Of a DNA stretch of 50,516 nucleotides, positions 8,881-16,324 are shown one piece after another (positions within the stretch are counted from its first letter, which is position 1; each line of letters begins with the position of its first letter). Source of the DNA: a virus (taxonomy: Duplodnaviria; Caudoviricetes); IMG/VR virus record IMGVR_UViG_3300032132_000765, positions 1 through 50,516 of that record, one strand, 5' to 3'. The notes beneath the pieces were generated by a model that saw only the letters and a list, made by a program, of their open reading frames with translations, did no database searches and had not been told where the DNA came from. Made by a program: the position numbers and the translations under genes.

Positions 8881-9182
8881 GCCGGCACCTCGCGTGACTG
8901 TTGGCGCTCGGGCTGAGAGTCGCCAGGAATGCGCATAAGGTGGCGAGGCTCACAGAGGCCAAACCCATGGCTAACTTCATCGTCAGCGAGAAACTGAACG
9001 TCATCACCCCTAACCACCCAGCACTCGCAATCCGAATGACGGAAGACTTCCCCGTTAGGGCCTACGTAAATGTCACCGTTGCGAACTAACTGGCTTAGCT
9101 CGACTACCTTTCCGATGTTCTGGATCAGGACGTTCGCGCCGACTATCAGCGCCAGATCGCCCGGCTTGAATTGATTGCTCAC
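8877..9182 (-). CDS. Hypothetical protein (FKPGDLALIV N-terminus)
   Basis: GTG start overlaps the upstream stop. Confidence 0.7.
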   Translation of the reverse strand: MSNQFKPGDLALIVGANVLIQNIGKVVELSQLVRNGDIYVGPNGEVFRHSDCECWVVRGDDVQFLADDEVSHGFGLCEPRHLMRIPGDSQPERQQSREVPA

Positions 9183-9310
9183 AGTGGCGCCCCGTTGGTG
9201 ATTCGATCTGCAAGGCCGTGAGCGAGAGCCCAGCCGGTGAGTAGTGCAAGGGTCACTGCGAAACCCCGCCACCATGCGTAGCGCAGGGATCGTTGTCTTT
9301 GGCTAGCCAT
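9179..9310 (-). CDS. Small membrane protein (43 aa)
   Basis: Hand translation MASQRQRSLRYAWWRGFAVTLALLTGWALAHGLADRITNGAPL; coupled at both ends. Confidence 0.65.
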   Translation of the reverse strand: MASQRQRSLRYAWWRGFAVTLALLTGWALAHGLADRITNGAPL

Positions 9311-9840
9311 CACATGGCCCTCCCGATCGCTGCCGCAGCGCGGACGGGTCGCTGATTGCGGCGCTGCTCTGATGCTGTTGCCCAGCGGCAGTTGTCCGGC
9401 TCGTAGTTCCCATCATTGTCGATGCGATCTATGCTCAGGCCGCGAGGCTTTTCGCCCATATCCGCTAGGAAGTTCTGAAACTCATGCCATCTCTCGCAGA
9501 CTGTTATCCCCCGACCTCCGTAGTTTTTGAAGTCAGGCCGATTCACATTTCCGCAGCGCGCAAGCATGTTCGACCAGCACACATAGGTTGCTGTCCGACT
9601 GAAACCATGTCGCACCGCCTTAGCCCTTCTAGACTCCTCGTTGAGGCAGCCGCAGCTTTTGGTCTTGCCGGCCTTCAACTCACAGGCCGCAACTGACTTT
9701 AAGGCTCCGCATGTGCAGCGACACACCCAGCGCGGCCTGCCCTGCCGTAAGTGGCTTCTCTCCACCACGGTAAGTCGTTCGAAAACACGTCCGGTTAAGT
9801 CCTCTGGAACTGCGCCCCTGACCCCTTTTACGTACGGCAT
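9310..9840 (-). CDS. HNH-type homing endonuclease
   Basis: DLTGRVFERLTV, WVCRCTCG, SCGC, YGGRGITVCERW, IDRIDNDGNYEPDNCRWAT. Confidence 0.88.
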   Translation of the reverse strand: MPYVKGVRGAVPEDLTGRVFERLTVVERSHLRQGRPRWVCRCTCGALKSVAACELKAGKTKSCGCLNEESRRAKAVRHGFSRTATYVCWSNMLARCGNVNRPDFKNYGGRGITVCERWHEFQNFLADMGEKPRGLSIDRIDNDGNYEPDNCRWATASEQRRNQRPVRAAAAIGRAM

Positions 9841-10157
9841 AGCGCCTCTCCAATACTGGCTGCCGCTCTTACGATCGCGCGGCGCCAGCCTGACGTGTAG
9901 TCCTCTGGCCCGTAGAAATACTCTATGCACTCGACGCCTTTTTCGTCTTCTGCAACAACGCAAGCCTCTGAAGACAGAACATTCAGACATAGACCGGCAG
10001 CCAGCCGCAGCGCATCGCCGTCGTCGGTGAGCGGGTTCCACCAGAACTTATGAAGCTGACTTAGCTCTGGCGGGCATATGCCTAGGCCAGCTCTGTATTC
10101 GCCCGCGATCCCGCCGGCCTTAGCCGCCAGCTCCAACAATTCGCGGTCATCCATCAC
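9828..10157 (-). CDS. Conserved lambdoid hypothetical protein (WNPLTDDGDALRLA)
   Basis: DRELLELAAKA...WNPLTDDGDALRLA...RRAIVRAAA. Confidence 0.82.
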   Translation of the reverse strand: MMDDRELLELAAKAGGIAGEYRAGLGICPPELSQLHKFWWNPLTDDGDALRLAAGLCLNVLSSEACVVAEDEKGVECIEYFYGPEDYTSGWRRAIVRAAASIGEALCRT

Positions 10158-10258
10158 ACACCCCCCAATAGCGCCACGTAGGCGAGAGTTCCGATAAGCG
10201 ATCCGGCTACGGTGATGCCTAGGGCGCCGGCTAGCTCCTTGAGGACGTAGGCGGTCAT
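10154..10258 (-). CDS. Small membrane peptide (34 aa)
   Basis: MTAYVLKELAGALGITVAGSLIGTLAYVALLGGV, RBS AGGAG, overlaps at both ends. Confidence 0.6.
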   Translation of the reverse strand: MTAYVLKELAGALGITVAGSLIGTLAYVALLGGV

Positions 10259-10605
10259 GGCTGGGCTCCTTGCAGGGCGGCGTCGATGGCTGTGTCTAGC
10301 GCTTCTTCCGCTAGCTCCGTCAGGCCGGACCGCAGAACGCCGGCGCCTATCAGGACTACGTGCATATCGTCCCGCTTGTTCTTGTCGCATCCCCAAGCCT
10401 CGTTGCGCAGGTAGCGGTACCGCTCGGCATCCTTCTTCAGCGCATCCCGCTCAGCGAGAAGGGCGTCGTAGTCGGAGGCCAGCACCAACGGGACCGTGTG
10501 AACATCAGTCAAGTGGTTCGTCATTGGCGTGTACGCAGGGTCACCGCTCAGTAGCACCGGTACAGAGCCAGGCATGATGTAAAAACGCTTCACTTCCTTG
10601 CTCAT
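10255..10605 (-). CDS. Ead/Ea22-like hypothetical protein
   Basis: VLASDYDALLAERDAL, KDAERYRYLR, LDTAIDAAL. Confidence 0.8.
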   Translation of the reverse strand: MSKEVKRFYIMPGSVPVLLSGDPAYTPMTNHLTDVHTVPLVLASDYDALLAERDALKKDAERYRYLRNEAWGCDKNKRDDMHVVLIGAGVLRSGLTELAEEALDTAIDAALQGAQP

Positions 10606-10823
10606 GCCGCTCTCCTGAATCCATAGATTCGATCAACTTTCATGCCCCAGGCCTTCTGGACGATGCCGTGGAGCCTGCAGAACATCGCCGCACTGATCTG
10701 GCCCGTCTCGCGTATCCCCAGCAGGTAGCCGTACAGGACGTTGGCGTGGTAGTCGGCAAAGGCCTGCGAGCTGGCTTGCCGCATCAGCCGGAAGTGCTGC
10801 TTGATGGTTTCTTCAGGCTTCAT
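10602..10823 (-). CDS. Hypothetical protein
   Basis: Start MKPEETI with GGAGG and ATGA overlap. Confidence 0.7.
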   Translation of the reverse strand: MKPEETIKQHFRLMRQASSQAFADYHANVLYGYLLGIRETGQISAAMFCRLHGIVQKAWGMKVDRIYGFRRAA

Positions 10824-11095
10824 GCTGCCTCCCGCTTGGCGTCGATCATGTTCCACAGCCGATCTTCGATCCGCTCCGCGTGCTCATCGGCAACCGCTGC
10901 GCAGCCATTCCGACCCAGTTCCGTTTGGTTTCCGTCCTCGTCGAAGACGGTCCCGCTGGTGATGGTGAATTCAAGCTCGCTGTAGCCGTAGTAATCATCC
11001 GCGCTGTCCCGGCACCGATAGTCAGGTTCAACGACTGCGCAATGGGTTACCTCAACGGAGAGGAGGTATTCATCTAGGTCGATCTCGAATTTCAT
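10820..11095 (-). CDS. Acidic hypothetical protein
   Basis: Start MKFEIDLDE with GAGGA; rich in Asp/Glu. Confidence 0.75.
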   Translation of the reverse strand: MKFEIDLDEYLLSVEVTHCAVVEPDYRCRDSADDYYGYSELEFTITSGTVFDEDGNQTELGRNGCAAVADEHAERIEDRLWNMIDAKREAA

Positions 11096-11208
11096 CGTGG
11101 AATCCTCGCGAAATTGCACCAACTGCAAAGCCCCTCGTTTACAACGGCGGAAACGCTGTCATCCGGGCACGGCTGTTCGCGGCGCCCTATGGGTCCGTAG
11201 TGCTTCAT
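11092..11208 (-). CDS. Small hypothetical protein (38 aa)
   Basis: MKHYGPIGRREQPCPDDSVSA..., RBS GAGG, ATGA overlap downstream. Confidence 0.5.
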   Translation of the reverse strand: MKHYGPIGRREQPCPDDSVSAVVNEGLCSWCNFARIPR

Positions 11209-11245
11209 GGTGGATACCTCGGTGCCCGGATGGGCGGTGATTTGT

Positions 11246-11971
11246 CTAAACAGCCATTTCGAGCTGCGTTTCGCGCTGCCAGACGGCTGCGCTGTTGTGC
11301 GACTCAATGCGGGACGCGATGACCTCGGCGCGCTGCCCTGCGGTTGGCGGGACGTACATGCCAAAGCGCCCGACGCTGCCGCCGTTCACTGCTGCGTTGG
11401 TTGAGTCTGCGGAGGCGAATGGGAGGCGAGAGAAGATTGCAGGGTCAAGCATTCGCAATCCGTGAAGCCGACACGCTGGCCGACCCTGATCGTCGCAGAT
11501 TGCGTTCATGGCATCGCCGATCCGCTTCCACCATGAATCTGTGCCAGGGCTTGCCCATTGTCCTGAGCTGCCAAGTGCCACAGTTCGCCATTTCTCCGCT
11601 AGCCGTTGCAGACGCTCGATTGATTCGTGCAAGTGCCAAACAGGAACGCCCGGCAGGTGGCTGGGCCATTCTTCGAGAAGCCGGTCATTTGCCGCCTCGT
11701 CTCCGTCGATCACGTCAGGGATCAGCGCCCAATCAAAACCAGGGTGTCGATGCCATTCATCCACCCATTGCACATAGCCTTCGACGTCGAGCTGGCCGCC
11801 CTGCTTCCATACCGTGAAGGCGCCGTTATCGAACACGAAGGATTGGCACACGTCGGCAACGATGCCCATGTCATCGCGTCGCGGGAATGGGACAAGCGCG
11901 TGCCGGCCAGCCAGGAAGCGCGCCCCGTCCTGCCTGTTGCCGCCTATTGGGGTGCCGTGGTAATGGATCAT
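11246..11971 (-). CDS. TGT/DpdA-like (7-deazaguanine) transglycosylase, TIM-barrel
   Basis: Motifs in TGT-family order: FVFDNGAF, IPDVIDG, VPVWH, VALGSS, RLHGLRM, SADSTN. Confidence 0.75.
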   Translation of the reverse strand: MIHYHGTPIGGNRQDGARFLAGRHALVPFPRRDDMGIVADVCQSFVFDNGAFTVWKQGGQLDVEGYVQWVDEWHRHPGFDWALIPDVIDGDEAANDRLLEEWPSHLPGVPVWHLHESIERLQRLAEKWRTVALGSSGQWASPGTDSWWKRIGDAMNAICDDQGRPACRLHGLRMLDPAIFSRLPFASADSTNAAVNGGSVGRFGMYVPPTAGQRAEVIASRIESHNSAAVWQRETQLEMAV

Positions 11972-12447
11972 GCCAAAGCCCTCCGTTGCGACAGCAGCCA
12001 CGACCAGACCCCGCCGCCGATAACCTTCGCCAAAAACTGGCCGAGCACGATGTGGGGCATCAGCGCGCCGAACGCGATGAGCGGAAATATTGTGGAGTCA
12101 ATGGCCGCAGCAGCGGTGTTGCTTGCGTTCGACTTGATCGGCCAAGGCTTGCGCATCAGCGCCTGGTACACCGCGCCGTCTCCAAGAGACGCGAGGACGA
12201 ACGAAACGCTGGAAGCGATCGCGATAGTGCCGCCAGCTGGGTTAATTGCGTAGCTGATGACGCCGGCAAGGACTGCCAAGCCGGTGACGCGCAGCAGCCC
12301 GATACGCTCGTGCAGATGATCACGCAGAACAAAGTCAAGGCCGATCAGCAGAAAGGAATTAACGATCGACCACCACGGGCCAAAGACAAAGACGAGAAAG
12401 TTCGCCGCGCAAAGGGCTAGTACGTAAACCGCACTGGCAAAAGCCAT
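11968..12447 (-). CDS. VUT/YhhQ-like (queuosine-precursor) membrane transporter
   Basis: Multi-TM; AAN, FVLRDHLHE, IAIASSVSF, SNASN, IDSTIF...AFG pattern; ATGA-coupled to the transglycosylase. Confidence 0.8.
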   Translation of the reverse strand: MAFASAVYVLALCAANFLVFVFGPWWSIVNSFLLIGLDFVLRDHLHERIGLLRVTGLAVLAGVISYAINPAGGTIAIASSVSFVLASLGDGAVYQALMRKPWPIKSNASNTAAAAIDSTIFPLIAFGALMPHIVLGQFLAKVIGGGVWSWLLSQRRALA

Positions 12448-12669
12448 AAGCTCTCCAAGCCGCGTCCTGCGCAGCGATCAGTTATGTGTGGAGTTGCCCG
12501 GATGGGCGATGGAATGAATGCCTGCTACCGATTCCCCGGCAGGCGCGCGGCAGGAGTTGTCTTCCGTGACGCCGGATCGGCTCCAGCTGATGGTCATGGC
12601 GCTACCAGCACCGCGCGCCGTACGGTTATCGCAGACCTTGGGGTCTGGCCTGGCTGGCTCAGGCGGGGT

Positions 12670-12759
12670 TCAGCCTTTCCAATTCCTTCTCCACCAATCC
12701 CACATGTACAGCGCTGCGAGGATGGCGCATAGGATCAGGACTTCGGGGCCGGTTAGCAT
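12670..12759 (-). CDS. Small membrane peptide (29 aa)
   Basis: Hand translation MLTGPEVLILCAILAALYMWDWWRRNWKG, overlapping the upstream stop. Confidence 0.5.
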   Translation of the reverse strand: MLTGPEVLILCAILAALYMWDWWRRNWKG

Positions 12760-13091
12760 GGCGTGCCGCGGGCCTTGGCGATGGCTGCGCGGGCTTTCAG
12801 GGAGGCTTGTTCGTATCGGATCAGCGGTGGGCACTCTTCAAGAAACGTGTGACGGTCCTGCTTCTCGTGGTGGAACATTTCGCAGCTGGCGGCTGGAGCT
12901 GACTGGTTTAGTAGCTCCAAAGCCTCAAGCAAGTCAGGCGCGGCGGCGATCAGGCGGGCGTCGGCTTCGGCGTTGCCATGCTTGACCTTGCCCCCTCCAG
13001 GCATAATCACGAGGTTGCCGACATTGGCGATGCAGTACGCATCATCGGCGCGCTCGACGACCCACGGCCCCGGCGTATATCCGTTGCTCAT
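12753..13091 (-). CDS. Conserved phage hypothetical protein (TPGPW...ARLIAAAPDLLEAL)
   Basis: Characteristic motifs; start MSNGYTPGPW with RBS GGAGAG. Confidence 0.85.
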   Translation of the reverse strand: MSNGYTPGPWVVERADDAYCIANVGNLVIMPGGGKVKHGNAEADARLIAAAPDLLEALELLNQSAPAASCEMFHHEKQDRHTFLEECPPLIRYEQASLKARAAIAKARGTPC

Positions 13092-13153
13092 ACTCTCTCT
13101 CCATTCTGTTAATCCCCGCTGCAGCCTGTAGCCAAGATGCGGGGGCGGGGTGG

Positions 13154-13357
13154 TTACCAGGCGCCGAACCAGATGCCGATGCCGTGAACGATGGCGACCG
13201 GGAAGAAGATGGCGCCGCCGATCAGGAAGCCCCATTGCTCTTCGGTGAAGCAGCGGACCAGGTGAGTGATCCAGGCGGCAGGGCCGGTGATCACTAGCGC
13301 GATGAAGAAGATCGCTGCCAGCATGTTGTCTCTTACTTGGTAAGCCTTTGCCTTCAT
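13154..13357 (-). CDS. Small membrane protein
   Basis: Two to three hydrophobic segments, RBS GGAG. Confidence 0.75.
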   Translation of the reverse strand: MKAKAYQVRDNMLAAIFFIALVITGPAAWITHLVRCFTEEQWGFLIGGAIFFPVAIVHGIGIWFGAW

Positions 13358-13511
13358 GGTGTTGCTCCGTTCGTGTTGTGATTCATCAAGCCGCCAACTG
13401 CGCCTCTTCCATCCGCTGCGCTCTCACTACCACCTGAGAGCGTGAGGTGTCGCGGCGCTCGGTTGATTCCCAATGGCCACTCTTGCGAATGTCCTGAAAT
13501 CGACTCAGGCA

Positions 13512-13730
13512 TTACTTGATGCCGCGCTTTGCGTAGAAGTAATCGGTAGAGGTGATGACCGCACCGCCAAGCCTGCACCTTAGAACTGGAAGGGTCGAAT
13601 GCTCCGGGCAGTGCGCGAGCTCGCATCCGATCTCGTCAGGATCTGCATCGGTCATACATTCGTGCGTAGGCCACTTTTCAAAGTTGGCAACCGCCCAGGC
13701 GGCTATCTCCCTGTGACGTTTGTTCATCAC
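13512..13730 (-). CDS. Hypothetical protein
   Basis: GTGA overlap with the upstream ORF. Confidence 0.65.
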   Translation of the reverse strand: MMNKRHREIAAWAVANFEKWPTHECMTDADPDEIGCELAHCPEHSTLPVLRCRLGGAVITSTDYFYAKRGIK

Positions 13731-13897
13731 TCGTCACCGAAAAGCATGTCGCTCTTGATCGCGCACAGCTGCTCAAGGGTGCTTTCGTCGCCCATCTTTG
13801 CGGCTGCTGCCTGCATCATGTTCAGTGCTTCAAGAATGCGAATTCCCTTCGATGAGGCTGCTTCAACAACGTCTTGGCGGGTGATTTTGCGGTTCAT
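13727..13897 (-). CDS. Hypothetical protein (first clear gene of the pL operon)
   Basis: MNRKITRQDVV with RBS AAGGAG. Confidence 0.7.
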   Translation of the reverse strand: MNRKITRQDVVEAASSKGIRILEALNMMQAAAAKMGDESTLEQLCAIKSDMLFGDE

Positions 13898-14443
13898 CGT
13901 GCATCTCCTTGGTTTGGGTCTTGCTGCTTTCCAATGCACCCTGTCGCCAAGGTGCATCAGGAAACTCTTTCGCTCGTCTCGTGCGCTTCGTGCCCGCTGC
14001 TGATTGCAGGCCGTAAGACTTCGTTTGGTTGGCGGTGGGCTTCCCTCGCACGCGCCTCGATCAGCGTTGGCGCGTGGTCGCTGGGTATATACAACCTGCT
14101 GCGTACAGCCCTGGTGCCGGTTGAGTTAGGCACACAGCAGGAGGTCCGGCGCTTCTCATAGCCGAGGCTCGGAGCGCTAATTCGATTCGGTGTTTCTGGC
14201 CTCCGTTACTTGCCACGGTGGGCTTGGCTGATAATTCGGAAATCCCGAATTACCCATCTCCGCTGCGATTCCTTGTCTGAGTCGTCTCTTTCCCGTTGCC
14301 GCAACTGGCGTCGCACCGGGTGACATTTCGCAACTTCGCGTGGCTGCATGTGGAGCCACGGCCAGTTCCAGAGCTGGCATGGGGCGGGGAATTTGTTGAG
14401 CGCGATGTATGCCGAAGCAGACCCCGCCGCGCTGATCTCAATT

Positions 14444-14454
14444 TGTTAAAGAGC
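14444..14454 (-). promoter_or_regulatory. boxA antitermination element (nutL-like)
   Basis: GCTCTTTAACA on the minus strand, about 60 nt downstream of the pL -10. Confidence 0.75.
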
Positions 14455-14515
14455 TTTAGGCCGTAGCCAGGGCATCTCTGCCGTTCGGCGCGGTGTTCTG
14501 CGCTTCGATGGATGT

Positions 14516-14566
14516 AATTTAAGCATGCTGAATTTATCGGTCAAGTCTTTTTTTAAGTTTGCTGAA
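14516..14566 (-). promoter_or_regulatory. pL promoter with two operators (oL)
   Basis: Minus strand TTGACC (14544-14539), 17 bp, TAAATT (14521-14516); operator copies TTAAGCATGCTGAA 14519-14532 and TTAAGTTTGCTGAA 14553-14566. Confidence 0.82.
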
Positions 14567-14579
14567 ATTTTTGGGCAAC

Positions 14580-14602
14580 AAAAAGCCCGCAGAGGGCGGG
14601 CT
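14580..14602 (-). terminator. Rho-independent terminator
   Basis: GCCCGC-loop-GCGGGC stem followed by a T run on the minus strand. Confidence 0.8.
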
Positions 14603-14608
14603 AGGGTG

Positions 14609-14866
14609 TCAGTGTTCTGATCCGGTCCAGATGACGTGGACGCTTCCGTCTGGTCGTCGTCGCATGGTCACGTTGTCGGCCTCCTCGATCTCTTCAAGAA
14701 GGCGCTCCCAGTCATCCGGGCGATCATCCGGGCCCGGCCTCAGATTGGCCTGCCGCTCGCGCTGCGCTGTTGGCGCCGCCAGCGCTAGATTCACCCGACG
14801 CACCAAGCGGCTATAGGTCGATGCCTGGCAGTGGTGCGTGATGGCGTGAGGTTGCATCCGATTCAT
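14609..14866 (-). CDS. DUF1654-like small protein, probably SOS-regulated
   Basis: YSRLVRRVNLAL...DDWERLLEEIEE...DGSVHVIW; own terminator; LexA box upstream. Confidence 0.75.
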   Translation of the reverse strand: MNRMQPHAITHHCQASTYSRLVRRVNLALAAPTAQRERQANLRPGPDDRPDDWERLLEEIEEADNVTMRRRPDGSVHVIWTGSEH

Positions 14867-14883
14867 TGTGGCCCTCATTACTA

Positions 14884-14899
14884 CTGGATATCCACACAG
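14884..14899. promoter_or_regulatory. LexA (SOS) box
   Basis: CTG-GATATCCACA-CAG (CTG-N10-CAG) in a TACTG...CAGTA context. Confidence 0.78.
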
Positions 14900-14999
14900 T
14901 AATTGTGAGGGTTTCACCGGGCAAGAGGAAACATGGTGGCCGGTTGCCACATGTAAAGAAGTGGCTCAGACCTAAGTAGGAGAGGGGTGCGGCAGATAC

Positions 15000-15024
15000 A
15001 AAAAGCCCCGCGTGGTGCGGGGCT
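15000..15024 (-). terminator. Rho-independent terminator of the cI operon
   Basis: GCCCCGC-loop-GCGGGGC stem plus T run on the minus strand. Confidence 0.8.
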
Positions 15025-15027
15025 AGG

Positions 15028-15783
15028 TCAGGCGGCGAGGGCTGCCGCCAGGTGTTGCGGGCCGGTGTAGATGATTACGGAGGCTGCGTCGGCGAGAGCT
15101 GTCGCCGCTTTTCGGCTGTCATCTTCATCGCCGGGCTCCAAGATGACGTGCCGTGCAGTGTCCTCATGAGCATTCTTGATATCCAGCATTTTCCCTACCG
15201 CGCGATAGACAAGACTCCAGTCCACCTTGCCATCCTTATTTGAAACGGTCTGGATCAGCGTCGTCTTCCCGCCCTCGACCTCAATAGCGAAGGGAAGGGT
15301 TAGCTGGTGGCCGCTAGCTCCAATGATCTTGTAGTCAGTCTTCAGAGTCTTTGGGTATGCCTTCTTCAGTGCTGAGCCGACAACCTGGTCGAATCGCGAC
15401 ATTGGCGAGGGGCGCATCTTGTTACAGGCGAATCCCACATACTCGGCAGCCTCAATGAAGCGGGCGAGGTAGAAGCCGAGCTGGCTTTCCGGGCAGGCCT
15501 TGAAGATTTCGCCCTGGTCGGACAGCTCCATTCCGCTGGACGCGACCAGCTCGGCCATCTTTCGCCCTCGCTCAGCCGTTGGCTTTACGCCATGAGTCAT
15601 GGCCACGAAAAGCGTGTCGGCATTGTCGCTTATGCGCACATGCCCATTGCCAATATCTTGGATATACGCGCCGATCAGGTTGCCGTCGAAGGGGAGAGTG
15701 AGAGGGGATTCGAGGTAGAACAGCCCATCAGCCACAGGCTTGCACTTGAATCCAAGCTGGGCGCCGATCAGTGTGCAGTTCAT
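15028..15783 (-). CDS. DUF1828/DUF1829-like protein (candidate defence gene)
   Basis: N-terminal SPLTLPFDG...YI...VRISDNADTL; C-terminal IIGASGHQL resembles a restriction-endonuclease-like fold. Confidence 0.7.
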   Translation of the reverse strand: MNCTLIGAQLGFKCKPVADGLFYLESPLTLPFDGNLIGAYIQDIGNGHVRISDNADTLFVAMTHGVKPTAERGRKMAELVASSGMELSDQGEIFKACPESQLGFYLARFIEAAEYVGFACNKMRPSPMSRFDQVVGSALKKAYPKTLKTDYKIIGASGHQLTLPFAIEVEGGKTTLIQTVSNKDGKVDWSLVYRAVGKMLDIKNAHEDTARHVILEPGDEDDSRKAATALADAASVIIYTGPQHLAAALAA

Positions 15784-16298
15784 ACGTTCAATCCCATTTG
15801 GCCGAATTCCGGCAGCTCAAAGCGCGGAGCGTTGGTGATGTTTGCCTTGGTCAAGAATAGCTCCCACATAGCCTGGACGGTAGTGCCGCTCAGAGGTTCT
15901 GCGTAGCCATAGGACGCTTCCGGGATGGGGATATGCAGGTGCGGGTGATCGGCCGCCTTTTGATAAAACGGCAATCCAACTCCGACCTTGTTCATGTGCG
16001 AGCTTGGGCCATTGTCGTCGATGGCTATGATGCGCGCCTTGTTCACAATGAACGTGATCGATAAGGTGTCGCGGACCCCGGGCACAGGGCTCTTCTTGTA
16101 GTACAGCTCGACGAACCAGTCTTCTGCGAACTTGGTTTGCTCGATATCCAGCGCCAGCGATGTCCGGAAGCTGTACGGCGAAGGCAGCTTCTTTGTCGCG
16201 GGTTTTTTCCAAGCAAGAGCGGCCCTGGACGGCCAAACCTTTAGCGCATCTATGGCCTGCCTGGCCTCTTCGTAGGGGATGGTTCTCTGCTTTGCCAT
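15780..16298 (-). CDS. Hypothetical protein, coupled partner of the DUF1828-like gene
   Basis: ATGA overlap; His motifs SHMN and HPHLH; 26 bp downstream of cI. Confidence 0.8.
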   Translation of the reverse strand: MAKQRTIPYEEARQAIDALKVWPSRAALAWKKPATKKLPSPYSFRTSLALDIEQTKFAEDWFVELYYKKSPVPGVRDTLSITFIVNKARIIAIDDNGPSSHMNKVGVGLPFYQKAADHPHLHIPIPEASYGYAEPLSGTTVQAMWELFLTKANITNAPRFELPEFGQMGLNV

Positions 16299-16324
16299 AC
16301 CAGATTTGCTTCCCTGCGCTGTGG

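Larger units (their letters stand above)
11223..12511. repeat. Direct repeats bounding the transporter/transglycosylase cassette
   Basis: TGCCCGGATGGGCG(G/A)TG at 11223-11239 and 12495-12511 (14 bp exact). Confidence 0.8.

Noticed and set aside
9310..9840. Group I intron or intein around the HNH genes
   Set aside because: The HNH ORFs abut their neighbours with no room for intron core structure, and no intein motifs are seen
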